Positions 36,421 through 50,080 of a stretch of 64,000 nucleotides of DNA are shown here, piece by piece. This DNA is from the human T2T-CHM13v2.0 reference genome, Homo sapiens. The number at the start of each line of letters is the position of its first letter. Position 1 is the stretch's first letter. Where the stretch lies: assembly GCF_009914755.1 (NCBI RefSeq), contig NC_060947.1; one strand, 5' to 3'. The notes beneath the pieces were generated by a model that was not told the DNA's origin, did not search any database, and worked only from the letters and a program-made list of their open reading frames with translations. The translations under genes and the position numbers were made by a program.

Positions 36421-39400
36421 AGAAAAAATGCTGCTTTCCTAATACTTTCCCGGGGCCTAATCCATCAGCAAAATCCTTACTGCACAGGGCTAACAGGAAA
36501 ACACTGGCAGATCATTTGTCGTGTCACTTGGCATTCCAGCAGCCGTCAGAAGCTCCTGCCCAACAAAGGTGGGCAGGCAGTTGAAAAGAAAGTGGTAGCA
36601 TTAACAAACATAGCACGCCATTCTAAACTCAGTGCACAAGTGAGTTTACTGCCTGGCAGCTTGTCCCTGACACCTCACTACAGTGAGAGAAACAAGCCCC
36701 TCCAACCCCACACTACTGCTAGGCAATTTTTAGGGATGGATTTGTATATTAGAAGCAACTTCTCTAACACATCTGTCTCAAGTGCACTTACCTGCCACCC
36801 AGGGCCCTTCACAGCCTTTTCCATTTTTTTTCCCTCTTGAAATAGTTCGAGACATAATTTATGTCAAGCAGGTAATGAGAGCCACTGCTTCACTTCAGTC
36901 TACCGTTGGTCACAACACTTTATCTGGGGATCTGAAAGTATGAAGAGACAAGCATTTTTAGAAAATAAAATAAATACTATATAAAGTATATACACCTTAC
37001 CTCTCTTTTCCAATCATCAATTGTGGTGGAAGGAAGAAAATTCAAATAACAATTAGCTATTGAATTGACCATATTCCCTTTTGCAATAAGTTAGCAGATC
37101 TTATAACATGGCAGTCAGTCCCTTAACTCTTTCAGTTCATACCTGCAGCTATATGTTAAAGCTCCAAACTGCCCCAGAATCCTGAATGAATAAAAGAAAC
37201 TAATACTTTTTTTTTAAGGGAATCTCAAGCCTAAAGCCTGTCTTGTTGAAAGTCAAAGAACCAAGAGTTTCTAATGCTAAAACTACTTCCAATAGAAATA
37301 CAATCATTTGAGAAAGTAACATTAATGTTTTCAGGCAATTCTTAAAGAGAATATACAATGGGAAAATCTAGCAACATAATGCGTATTTTTTCCATCTGCA
37401 CACGGTGTACATTCACATATACACACATGACCATTATATGCCATACCTCTGCAATTCACATAAACGGTTCAGATGTTCTGCATGTATATTTATTTTAAAC
37501 ATGTAGTGACTCCTCACTGTGAGCCACATCCAATACTGATTGAGTTCTACTTAATTGTCACACATTTTTTTTTTCCTCTACTCCATTTGCAAGATTAAAT
37601 AGACCTATTTCAGCATGGTAAAAAGAACCAAAATATCCCATTACTGCTTTTGCAAAGGTCACTCTCCTGCTTTCAGCATGGGTTATTTTTAATCACAGGT
37701 TACATATCTTAAAGGCAAGGCATTTATTGAAACCTCCAGTTCATTTTTAAAAGTCTCTGGACATATTGAATAAATCACAGCTCAGAAGTAAAATGTAGTG
37801 ATACACTCTCTACCACCTTACATGCAAGGCCCCAGGGAGCCAGTTTCCAACTGTCCCCATCTCCAATGCAGATTAGCTCTTCACTCAGCCAAGATCAAGA
37901 TGATAGTGCTCATCTCAGCATACAGACTAGGAAACCTCAACCCACTGGGGGCCACGATACTGGTTTTCAGGAAGACACAGAACAAAAGGAGCTTAGCTTT
38001 ATGGGTCATTTAAGATCTCCAGAAAGCTTTTCAGGAAGAGAAACAAAGGGATAATGTCCTGGCTTAAGTTCCAGGCTGAAGAACAGGGCAGAAGCTGGAC
38101 TCTATGTTCCTTTAAGTGTGTAACTTCTATTGACTTGAGATGCCTCACTCTACAATTGTCTTAGTTCCTGTTGCAATGGCTCTGTAACAGTGATAATTGG
38201 ATTTCTTTGGTGGCTGAAATTAAGGAAGTCTTATGTATAAAATTCATATTTGTTGAGACTAACAAAAGGTAATGTATAGCTATTTATGGATTTTATTCTT
38301 CTCAGGCTCTATCATTTTGATTTACAACGTTGTTTATACTACTGTTTAAGGTTAAAGTTGTGCCTTACACCTGGAAATTTTCTACAAATAGGCCAAATTT
38401 TGAATCAGATTGAATATTCAGAAGATAAAATGACTGACAGAATTTTCATTTGTTTTAGTCTGAATGCCAAAAAAACAAATAGCTTTCTCCAGATCCTAAA
38501 AGCCAGCAAAATGAATCAACTTTTCCATGTTCTATTTTGTATTTAATATGTTAATGTGAATTTGTTTCTTAGTTTTCAAAAAATTGCATTGGAAGGTTCA
38601 ATATAAGAAGAAAGAGGCATAAGCTTGCATTCTCCAAAATGCAGTGGCCCGCAATCATCTTATTTCCATCAGCAATAGAGTGCATTCTGAGAAATGAAGT
38701 CCAATCATCACTGGGCAGTATTAAATATATTTAGCCTGCCCACAGAGCATTTTACACAAATTTCAACACACTCTGCCATCTCATAATGACCACCAATGAA
38801 GCCCTCTCATGAAATTGTCGACGTCTCTTAAGCATTAACTTTCTCCTCCTTCTTGAGGAAAGCGCAATAAAAATTAAATTGCAACAAGCACAGTTTTGCA
38901 CAGATGAGCTTATGTTATGCATTTTCATTATTAATGCAGTAACCACATCTCTCCTACTTTTTGGACATTCAAAACGGTATTTTTTAAGATGACTTAAAAA
39001 TGAAAATTGTAGTCATTTCAAATTGTTTTTGTAAAATATTTAAGGAGAGCTTTATTTTAAGGCATGTTTGACTCAAAATGCTCTTCTGGAATAGGGAGTA
39101 AAACTTCAAATTAGATGGCAATTTAAATAAGAAATTGACATAACTTTTTAGAGAAACATTTTAGAGATCACAACAGATGAAATGTCATACCTAGATCATT
39201 TTCTTGACAACGTTCTCAGTCTTCTTCACTAAGGTCAATTCTTGCTTGATGAACAGGAGTTTATGCTAATACAACATTAAGCTACCATCCCTCCATAATA
39301 TCATAATGTCTCAAAATCTTTCAAAAGTATTTTTTTCTTTGAGGCTTTTAAAACAGTCATCTAGTAGCAGATGTCCCTCTGTGCCTAGAGTTATCAGAAA

Positions 39401-40081
39401 CTACAAAAAGAGTCCAAGTCTTTGTTGTTTATTTTTTTTTTGCATTAAACAATAATTGCCAGTACAGAAAGTATAGAAATAATGCCCCTCAGCTTAATTC
39501 ATTCTTAATTGTTAAATCATTTATGAATTAAAAGAGAAGAAAACCTCATTGCTCTTTTTCTGACTAAAAATTAATATGAAGAGGAAGAATTTTGGGTTAA
39601 ATAACATAGTATATTTTATGTACCTGGCTGACATTGTTGACTTTGTTTATTAAAATTCATTTCACAGAATTAAAGCAATTCAAAATTTAAAGTGTTTGTG
39701 CTTATTTTTTTAAATAATGATTTGCATTTGTCACTAAAGAAAAATATTTATAGCTCTACACCTTCTTACTTTAATTAAATAAAACAATGTAAATGCCTGT
39801 TGTATTTGGTTTCAATTAGCTTGGCAAATAAAATAATTAGATAATCTGCAATTTTCTTATGTGCTACAAATTTAGTCAGAGAAAGTATGACATAAATCCC
39901 TGCTTGAAAATGGATAGCATGAAAAAAAAAAGAAAAAGAAAATGGATAGCATGAACCTTCTAAAAATAAAGTGCTATCAAGTATACATATGTTTATAAAT
40001 ATGCACAGTTCTCTTTGGTAATGCCCAATTAAATGTAAGTTTTTGGTTTTGTTTTGCTTTTTAAATAACGGATCAGGTCTT

Positions 40082-40602
40082 TGGTGATAACAATCCATAT
40101 TCCCAAATTCTTTCTCATTCTTCTCATTAAGAGATAGAGTCTGAGGTCCCTCCCCTTGAACCTAAGTAGAACCTTGTGACTGCCTCAATAAATATAATGC
40201 CACAGAGGTGACTTCTGAAACTAGGTTTCTGCAGCTTTCTCATGGGACATTACACCAGGAGTCTTTAGCTACCATGTAAGAAGTCTAGCCACCCTTATAC
40301 CACCATGTGGAAAGACCACATGGAAAAGCTACACAGAAATAGAGGGACATGCCTGGGGTGCCCTGACTGCTCCTATGACCAGCTGTTTGAATCTTCCCAG
40401 AATAGCCCATGGCATAGAGTTATCTTTGAGATACCCCAACTCCATTCATCATCTGACTATGGCCACATATCTGATAAAACCAGAGAACTGAGCAAAAACT
40501 CCCCAGCTGAATCCAAGCAATTCTTATATTTATAAACAAAATGAATGACTGTTATTTTTGTAAGCCACTATTTTGAGGATAGTTTGTTACGCAGCCAGAA
40601 CA
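40082..40602 (+). mobile_element. MaLR LTR (MLT1F-H-like)
   Basis: ccctccccttgaacct...ttgtgactgcctcaat...taagccacta...gtttgttacgcagc. Confidence 0.7.
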
Positions 40603-40699
40603 ATATGTTACACCTTTTTCTATGCTTCCAGTGGTGCTTAGTAAAATTTGAGTATTTGTAGGCAGTTAATTGGGTGATTATCAAACATTAAAAATAACT

Positions 40700-43353
40700 T
40701 AGCTATTCTTATATCAGACAAAACAAACTTTAAAACAACGGCAGTTAAAAGAGACAGAGAGGGATATTATATAATGGTAAAAGGCCTTATCCAACAGGAA
40801 AATATCACAATTCTAAACATATATGCACCTAACACTGGAGCTCACAAATTTATAAAACAATTACTAATAGACCTAAGAAATTAGACAGACAACAACACAA
40901 TAATAGTGGGTCACTTCGATATTCCACTGACAGCACAAGACAGGTTATCAAGGCAGAAAGTCAACAAAGAAACAATAAATTTAAACTATACCTTGGAACA
41001 AATTGACTTAACAGATATATACAGAACATTTCATCCAACAACTGCAGAATACACATTCTATTAAATATCCCATGGAACTTTCTCCAAGATAGACAATATA
41101 ATAGGCCATGAAATGAGCCTCAATAAATTTAAGAAAATTGAAATTATATCAAGCACTCTCTCAGACCACACTGGAATAAAACTGGAAATTAACTCGCAAA
41201 TGAACCTTCAAAACCATGCAAATACATGGAAATTAAATAACCTGCTCCTGAATGAGCATTGGGACAAAAACAAAATCAAGATGGAAATTAAAAAATTGTT
41301 CAAACTGAACAACAATAATGACACAACCGACCAAAACCTCTGGTATACAGCAAAGGCGGTGCTAATAGCAAAGTTCATAGACCTAAACTGCCTACATCAA
41401 AAAGACTGAAAGAGCACAAACTGACATTCTAAGGTCACACCTCAAGGAACTAGAGGAACAATAACAAACCAAACCCAAACATAACAGAAAAAAAGAAATA
41501 ACCAAGATCAGATCAGAACTAAATGAAATTGATACAATAAAAAACAATACAAAAGATAAATGAAACAAAATACTGGTTCTTTGAAAATATAAATAAAATT
41601 GATAGACCATTAGCAAGATTAACCAAGAAAAGAAGAGAGAAAATCTAAAGAACTTCATTAAAAAACAAAACAGGAGATAATACAACGGACACCACTGAAA
41701 TACAAAAAGATCATTTAAGGCTACTATGAACACCTTTATGCACATAAACTAGAAAACCTAGAAGAGATGGATAAATTCCTGGAAAAATACAACCCTCCTA
41801 GCTTAAATCAGGAAGAATTAGATACCCTGAAGAGACCAATAACAATACCCTGAAGAGACCAATAACAAGCAGCAAGATTGAAATGGTAATCTTTTAATTA
41901 CCGACAAAAAAAAGTCCAGGACCAGAAGGATTCACAGAAGAATTCTACCAGACATTCGAAGAAGAGTTGATACCAATCCCTTTGACACTATTCCACAAAA
42001 CAGAGAAAGAAGGAACTCTCCCTAATTCATTCTATGAAGCCAGCATCACCCTAATACCAAAACCAAGAAAGGGCATAACCAAAAAAGAAAACTACAGATT
42101 GATATCCTTGATGAACATAGACGCTAAAATCCTTAACAAAATGCTAGCTAACCAAATCCAACAACTTAATATCAAAAAGATAATCCACCATGATCAAGTA
42201 GGTTTCATACCAGGGATGCAGGGATGGTTTAATGTACACAAGTCAATAAATGTGATACACCACATAAACAGAATTAAAAACAAAAATCACATGATCATCT
42301 CAATAAATGCAGGAAAAAAAAAACATTTGACAAAATCCACCATCCTTTAGAATTAAAAGCCTCAGCAAAATCGGCACAGAAGGGACATACCTCAAGGTAA
42401 TAAGAGCTGTCTATGACAAACCCACAGCCAATGTTATACTGAATGGGGAGAAGTTAAAAGCATTCCCTCTGAGAACTGGAACAAGACAAGGACGTCCACT
42501 CTCACTACTCCTCTTCAACATAGTACTGGAAGTCCTAGCCAAAGCAATCAGACAAGAGAAAAAAATAAAGGACATCCAAATCGGTAAAGAGGAAGTCAAA
42601 CTGTCACTGTTTGCTGATGATATGATCATTTACCTTAAAAACCCTAAAGGCTCCTCCAGAAAGCTCCCAGAACTGATAAAAGAATTCAGCAAAGTTTCCA
42701 GATACAAGATTAATGTACACAAATTGGTAGCTCTTCTATACACCAACAGCAACCAAACAGAGAATCAAATCAAGAACTCAACCCCTTTTTACAATAGCCA
42801 CAAAAAAATAAAATACTTAGGAATATAAATAACCAAGGAAGCAAAAGACCTCTACATGGAAAACTACAAAACACTGCTGAAAGAAATCATAGATGACACA
42901 AACAAATGGAAACACATTGTGATGGTTAATACTGAGTGTCAACTTGATTGGATTAAAGGATACAAAGTATTGGTCCTGGTTGTGTCTGTGAAGGTGTACC
43001 CAAAAGAGATTAACATTTGAGTCAGTGAGCTGGGGAAGGCAGACCCACCCTTAATCTGGTAGGCACAATCTAATCAGCTACCAGCAAATATAAAGCAAGC
43101 AGAAACCCACGAAAAGGACTGGCCTAGCCTCCCAGCCTACATCTTTCTCCCATGCTGGATGCTTCCTGCCCTTGAACATTGAACTCCAAGTTCTTCAGTT
43201 TTGGGATTTGGACTGGCTCTCCTTGCTCCTTAGCTTGCAGACAGCCTATTGTGGGACCTTGTGCTCATATAAGTTAATACTTAATAAACTTATATATATA
43301 AAATATATTATACATATAATATATAGAAGTCTATATATATAGAAAAAAGGAAG

Positions 43354-43390
<37 letters not shown>

Positions 43391-45130
43391 CTCCTAATAG
43401 TTCTGTCCCTCTAGAGAACCCTGACTAATACACACATCCCATGCTCATGGATAAGTAGAATCAATATTGTGATACACATGTCCCATGCTCATGGATAAGT
43501 AGAATCAATATTGTGAAATTGACCATACTGCCAAAAGCAATCTAAAAATTGAATGCAATCCCCACCAAAATACCACCATCATTCTTCACAGAATTAGAAA
43601 AAAGAATTATACAATTTATATGGAACCAAAAAAGAGCCCGTACACCCAAAGCAGGACTAAGCAAACAGAACAAACCTAGAGGCATCACACTACCTGATTT
43701 CAAACTATGCTATAAGGCCATAGTCACCAAAACAGCATGGTATTGGTATAAAAAAATATGCACATAGACCAATGGAACAGAATAGAGAAGCCGGAAATAA
43801 ACCCAAATACTTTACAGCCAACTTACCTTCCACAAAACAAACAAAAACCTAAAGTGGAGAAAGGACACCCTTTTCAACAAATGGTGCTGGGATAATTGGC
43901 TAGCCACATGTAGGAGAATGAAGCTGGATCCTCATCTCTCAGCTTATACAAAAATCAACTCAAGATAGATTAAGGACTTAAATCTAAGACCTGAAACTAT
44001 AAAAGTTCGAGAAGATAATGTTGGAAAACCCCTTCTAGAAATTGGCTTAGACAAGGATTTCATGACCAAGAACCCAAAGGCAAGTGCTATGAAAACAAAG
44101 ATAAATAGTTGCGACTTAATTAAACTAAAGAGCTTTTGCACAGCAAAAAGAAAAATCAGCAGAGTAAACAGACAACCCAGAGTGGGAGAAAACCTTTACA
44201 ATCTACACATCTGACAAAGGACTAACATCCAGAATTTACAATGAACTCAAACAAATCAGTAGGAAAAAAAAAAAAAAACAATCCCATCAAAATGTGGGCT
44301 AAGGACATAAATAGGCAATTCTCAAAAGAAGATATACAAATGGCCAACAAACATATGAAAAAATGCTCAACATCACTAATGATCAGGGAAATGCAAATCA
44401 AAACCACAATGCAATAACACCTTACTCCTGCAAGAATGGCCAAAATCAAAAAATCAAAAAACAGTAGATGTTGGCATGTATGCAGTGAACAGGGAACACT
44501 TCTACACTGCTGGTGAGGATGTAAACTAGTACAACCACTATGGAAGACAGTGTGGAGATTCCTTAGAGAACGAAAAGTAGAACTACCATTTGATCCAGCA
44601 ATCCTGCTACTGGGTATCTACCCAGAGGAAAAGAAGTCATTATTTGAAAAAGATACTTGCACATGCATGTTTATAGCAGCACAGTTTGCAATTGCAAGAT
44701 CGTGGAACCAACCCAAATGCCCATCAATCAACGAGTGGGTAAAGAAACTGTGGTATATTTATTTGATGGAATACTACTCAGTCATAAAAAGGAATGAATT
44801 AATGGCCTTTGCAGCTATCTGGATGAGATTGGAGACTATTATGCTAAGTGAAGTAACTCCGGAATGGAAAACCAAACATTGTATGTTCTCACTGATATGT
44901 GGGAGCTAAGCTATGAGAACGCAAAGGCATAAGAATGATACGATGGACTTTGGGGACATGGGGGGAAGGGTAGAATGGGGGTGAGGGATAAAAGACTATA
45001 AATAGAGTGCAGTGTATACTGCTCGGGTGATGGGTGCACCAAAGTCTCACAAATCACCACTAAAGAACTTATGCAACCAAATACCACCTGTACCCCAGTG
45101 ACTTATGGAAAAATAAAAAATTAAAAAAAA
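40700..45130 (+). mobile_element. 5'-truncated L1PB (L1PB1-like), interrupted by MLT2A
   Basis: ORF2 remnants (41967..42350, 44550..44909); L1PB 3'UTR gggtgcaccaaagtctcacaaatcaccactaaagaactt; possible TSD aaataactta/aaattactta. Confidence 0.9.
42918..43432 (+). mobile_element. MLT2A (HERV-L) solo LTR
   Basis: tgtgatggttaatactgagtgtcaacttgattgg...ccctgactaataca; internal (TA)n; perfect TSD cacat (42913-42917, 43433-43437). Confidence 0.93.
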
Positions 45131-45519
45131 TTTTTTAAATTACTTAATCAAGAAACCTTTAAAAGAAAACCATCCAAGTTGAAAATAATTCTTATTACCA
45201 CTATTTATCACTATCCAGTAAATAGATTCAAAATCCTCCAACATCAGTGGATTCTCAGAAGATATACACGTGCATATCAGTACACCTACCCAGTAAATCA
45301 AAGCAAACACTGAGTTGAGTGTCCTGGAGTTTCACTCAACTTTGCCACAGTTCTTAATATATAGGAGTATTCATATAGCATGCTATGAAATGATATATCA
45401 AGCTAATCTATCCTCAAATGTTCTCTTTCTGAGCTTCCCAAATAAGTGAGAATATAGTGTATAATTTTCTCACAAAGATGTTGTAACTGCTTCTCTCAAA
45501 TTGGCCACTCCTTCCCTGC

Positions 45520-46225
45520 CACCATTCTAGTTCAAGTACCCGTTATCTTACAGTACTCTTAAATTATCTGTTTTCTCTTTTTTTCCTCCTCACACTAAAC
45601 TCTTTGTACAACAAATAAACTGATGCTTTTAAAACATAAATCATGTCATGCCTCTGCCTAAGATACTTCAATGGCTTCTCTTTGTATTTAGGACAAAATT
45701 AACATTTTTATGTTTATCAGAGCCTATGTGATCTGGCCCTTGCCTATTTGATTAGCCCTTCTATAAAACCTCACTCTCTTGGTCCAGTCACAGTGCCCTT
45801 GCTTCAGGTCCTAGACTATGACCATCTGTTCCCACCTCAGAGGTTCAACATAGGCTGTTTTCTCTGCCTGAAATACTCCTAGCCCAGTTATGCTTTCTTT
45901 ATAGCAAATTCCTTTCTAACAGGTCTCAGTTGAAATATCACTTCCCCAGATTGACCTTTCCTAATAAACCTATCTAAAGTGGCACCACAATCCCCATCAT
46001 TACTCTCCTTCAAAGCATAACTTGTCTTTCATAGAACTTATCACAATTTGTAATCATGCATTTATTTTTGAATCTATTTTTAAAATATATCTATTGGTTA
46101 TTAGAATGTAAGCTCCTTCAGGGCAGGAATAGTACCTGTTCTATTCAGTTTACATGCAGTTCCTAGCACATTGCCTAGTATACATTAGACATGGATAAAT
46201 ATAAGTTGAAGAACAAACAAATGAT
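45520..46225 (+). mobile_element. L2 3' region
   Basis: ttagaatgtaagctccttcagggcagg...cctagcacattgcctagtata. Confidence 0.7.
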
Positions 46226-46879
46226 TAGCCACTGACACATTCTGAAATTCTACAATACAAATTATTAAATCACTGACAGTAAAAAAGGATCATGAATTAG
46301 ACAAGATTTCAAACCCAGTACCTTTTTATTGAGCAACCATAGTGAAAAAATAAGTGGAAAAGGCAAGGACACAAAAGAGAATACCCATGCAGATATTCTG
46401 AGGTGGCAGGGGAAAGTGGATTATCCATAGATCCGTACTGGACTATTCTATACTGTGTATTTATCCCTAAAAGCCTAAGCTCTTCCCTAAAATATGGTTT
46501 TCAGGGGGCACATTTAGCTACTTCTTGTTTTTCTCACTTTCATCCTGGGAAGCTGCCTTGGTAGTTTTTCCATATCCAGAAAATCCAAATCAAGATGACT
46601 TCAAAAGAGAAGTATAGTGATGTTGAAAGTGAAGAAGGAAAGCCTTGGGTAGATTCAAGACCCAAGATCAGGCATATAGCTATATATACTTAAGCTTACA
46701 ATATAGAGGAACAATTCTCATTTGGCATCCTGCATATGATTTTCTATACTGTCATTTATTGTTTTATTATTTTTGGATTCAGCTATATTGCAAGGCCTTT
46801 CTTGCAGGCTAGGTTCCATTCACCTTTGCCTTGCTTATTATGCCTTGCCTAGTGCCTTATACATAACAGCACACAAAAA

Positions 46880-46915
46880 ACATCATCGTCATCATCATCA
46901 TCTTCTTCGTCATCT
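46880..46915. repeat. (CAT)n/(CTT)n trinucleotide tract
   Basis: Seen directly. Confidence 0.75.
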
Positions 46916-47589
46916 TTCACAAAACTTGAGCATTTTCTCCAGGCTTCACCTTCCTTATTTTTTTACCCCTGCACTTGGAACATTACTTAAAGTTGACTAT
47001 TCTATCAATGTGACAGGATAGACATCTCATTGATACCCGAAACATAGTAACCAATCGCCTTTGTGTAGAGACCCATTTCATGGGATGGGGGGCTTTCTCT
47101 TGACTCTGTGAACTAAGTTCCGTTGCCTTGCAATGTTGTAATTAACCTTCAGAAGAACTTAAAGTCCCAAATAGGAATGGTCAGTGTAAAATCGAAGCTA
47201 GTCGATGAAAACTCTTTACCAAAGGTCTTATATACTTCACTGCCATCTTCTTTTTAGAACAGCTGTTGCAGGGTGTAAATTAGAATAAATGTCCCCTTCC
47301 CTGGCTTTGTTTCACTTGAAGTCCCCAAACCACCAAAAACACAACAGAAACCAGATTTAGCAAGTAAAGATTTATTATGTAGGTCTAGAGCCTTCATCTA
47401 TTTTTAAGGAAACAGGTTTTTATTAAAACATCTCAGTACTCATTATGCTAGCTATATTGACGGTAAGAATTTTTGGAAACATAAAATTTTAATTTGCTTG
47501 CTACCACAGAAAGCAAGAGGAGAAAGAATTTCTAAATGACCCTATGGTAGAGAAGCACATTAATCAAGAGATAAATGTTGAGGTAAAGT

Positions 47590-47740
47590 TAACCAAACTT
47601 TGTGCCCTCACTTGGACTGTAAGCTTTTTAAGGGCAACTTTTGTGCTTTACACATCTCTGCATTAACCAATCTATAAAAATGTTTATAATATTTTGCCTC
47701 GCATACACTAAGCACTTAACCAATATTCATTAACTTATTT
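47590..47740 (+). mobile_element. L2 3' fragment
   Basis: ggactgtaagctttttaagggcaac...taagcacttaaccaatatt. Confidence 0.55.
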
Positions 47741-48089
47741 GTACATCCCTCCTTTGGCAATCACTTAATTGTGGTGCAGAACTGGACTTCCTAGGAGGAA
47801 ATCAGAAGGGCTGCAGTCAAATAGAGCTGGTAAGAGAGGGTCCACCCTACCTTTCTAGTGCACTAATGAAACTCCCCCTGGTGTTCATGTACGCTGTCTG
47901 TATAAAAGAACAAGATGACACCTCTTGTGAAGTACACAATTCCTCCAAGTGGGAATTCAAATCTGTCTATAAAAAACTCATAAAACAGATGCAAATATAA
48001 TATCCATAATTAAGATGAAATGACAACTTCATAGCCCAATTCAGGATGTTTACTCTTATTACATTCTTGGTTAATTTTACTTCTAACCA

Positions 48090-48490
48090 CACACTCATTC
48101 AGCTAATATTTACTAGGCATTTCTTATGTGCAAGGCACAATGCCTGGATTAGTGGCAGGGGATGTATGGAGTACAGGATTTATAAAATGTAACTCTCACT
48201 CTCAGGAAACACACTGTAACAAAGTATAGTTAAACAAACTAAACACTAAAACAAACACACTAAACACACTAAAACAAACACACTAAACACACTAAACACA
48301 CTAAAACAAACTATAACAAGGTAAGAAGCCATCAGAACCAAAAAAATCTTTTAGTAAAGTACTAGCCAAATTGAGAAGTGGTAACTATAGGTAGGATAAC
48401 AAAGGCTTCCTAAAGGAGGTGGTATTTGAATTAGAACTGGAATGATGAGTAGGTAGTGCATATCTAGACATAAGGAGAAAGAGCATTTCT
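48090..48490 (-). mobile_element. L2 fragment containing a TAAACACAC/TAAAACAAAC minisatellite (48231-48312)
   Basis: cattcagctaatatttactaggcatttcttatgtgcaaggcac...aggcttcctaaaggaggtggtatttgaatt. Confidence 0.65.
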
Positions 48491-48546
48491 ATCCCATACC
48501 ATGTTTCACTGTGCTGGATGCATAATGAGGACAACCATACATAATT

Positions 48547-48990
48547 TGTTACCTATTGCTGCTGTAACAATTTATCACAAACTTAGTGGTTTAAAACAAT
48601 GCAAATTTATTATCCTGTAGTTCTGAAAGTCATGAGTCTGGGTTTCACTGGGCTAAAATCAAGGTACTGATAGACCTGGATTCCTTCTGGAGAACCTAGA
48701 AGAGAATCAGTTTCCTTGTCTTTTCTAGTTTCTAGAGGCCATCTGCATTCCAACCTCTTGCTTCTGTAATCACTTTTCCTACTACTCACTCTGATCGCCT
48801 GAGTCCCTCTCATAATCACCCTTGTGATTACCTTGTACCCACTCAAATAATCTAGGAAAATAATAATCCAGTATAATCTCCCCATTTCAAGATCTTTAAC
48901 TTAATCACTTCTGTAAAGTTTCTTTTGTCATGTAAGGTAATATGGTCACAGTACTCTGGGGCAAATAATATTAAGTGGTTACTACCCTTA
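48547..48990 (-). mobile_element. MaLR LTR (MLT1C/D-like)
   Basis: ctattgctgctgtaacaatttatcacaaacttagtggtttaaaacaa...gggctaaaatcaagg. Confidence 0.78.
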
Positions 48991-49009
48991 AACATTGAAG
49001 AAAAGGGCC

Positions 49010-49268
49010 TATAGGTGTTGCAAGATTCATAAAAGGATGCAGCCAACTTACAGCAACCTGTCAGAGAGGAACCTGAAGAATAAATATCCCAGCTACATTC
49101 TTGGCACCCTCTCCAGTCTCCTGCTGACACCTCCCATTGGCCAAACCCTACTGGAAGCCAGAGGGCAAGAGAGTCTATTTGTGCAGTCCATATGGGGTCA
49201 GCCTCCCTAGGCACAGAACAGGAGAGAAAGTAAATCTGCAGAAGCAAATGGAAATTTTCTAGCACATA
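49010..49268 (-). mobile_element. Old MaLR LTR fragment (MLT1J-L-like)
   Basis: ctcccattggccaaaccctactggaagccagagggcaag. Confidence 0.55.
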
Positions 49269-49871
49269 TGCCATGCGAAGAATTCGAAGCTTTATTTTGT
49301 AGATGGTGGAAAGCCAAAATGATGGCTTTTTTAAGAGAAGTGACTATCTGATTTCTGTTTTAGACAGATTACTCTGTCTAAAACTGTCAGAAGGACATGG
49401 GAAAATTATTTTAAAAATACACCGAGACTAACGCTGATAATTAATTAATTGAACAAATAACTTAGTAATCTCATTGATAGAAAACTTTTGTCCTATAAGG
49501 ACAGTCACAAGTACTCAGAACCATGACTTTTGAATCACATCTGTGATTAAGCTGCAGAATATAGCTAACGCTAAAGTTATGGTGAGGACCTGAAGAAATA
49601 ATATTCCCTTTGCTATTTGATTCATTGAAGGCAATGTTCAAAAGGAGATTCTCAACTCATATGATTGTTGCTTAGAGATTGTTGTTCAACAAATAGGCAT
49701 ACTAGTCCATCATATAGGAGTCACCCCAATGTGACAGGGGCTGAAATAATCAGAAACTAAATTGTAAATGAGCTACAATTGAGATATTTTAGGTAAATAT
49801 TGATTTGAGTATAGAGTCTTGTCCAAAGATGTTTAGGAAGGCAGCTCCTTAGGGAAACTTTGCTATAAAGC

Positions 49872-50080
49872 AGTTCATTATTTATTTTATAAATATTTAA
49901 TGAATACCTACTATGTTCTAAACACGGTTGGATGGTTAAAAAAAAATAGCAATGGAGCACAAAACATACAGTGTCCCTTACCCTCATGGGACTTAAAAAC
50001 TAGAGAGTAAGAAAGATAATAAATCAATAAACAAATATACAGTATTAGATAATGTTAAGTGCTATAAGAAAACAGATTTA
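49872..50080 (-). mobile_element. L2 fragment
   Basis: aatatttaatgaatacctactatgttctaaacac...cctcatgggactta. Confidence 0.6.

Noticed and set aside
36403-36840. 145-aa ORF in mostly unique DNA
   Set aside because: It starts inside an L2 remnant, has no recognisable domain, and its length is compatible with chance
37143-37181. 39-nt coding micro-exon (ILGQFGALTYSC)
   Set aside because: I do not recognise the peptide and the neighbouring exon candidate is closed in all frames; kept only as a non-coding splice candidate
45313-45341. 9-bp inverted repeat agttgagtg/cactcaact
   Set aside because: Short, with no supporting context; could arise by chance
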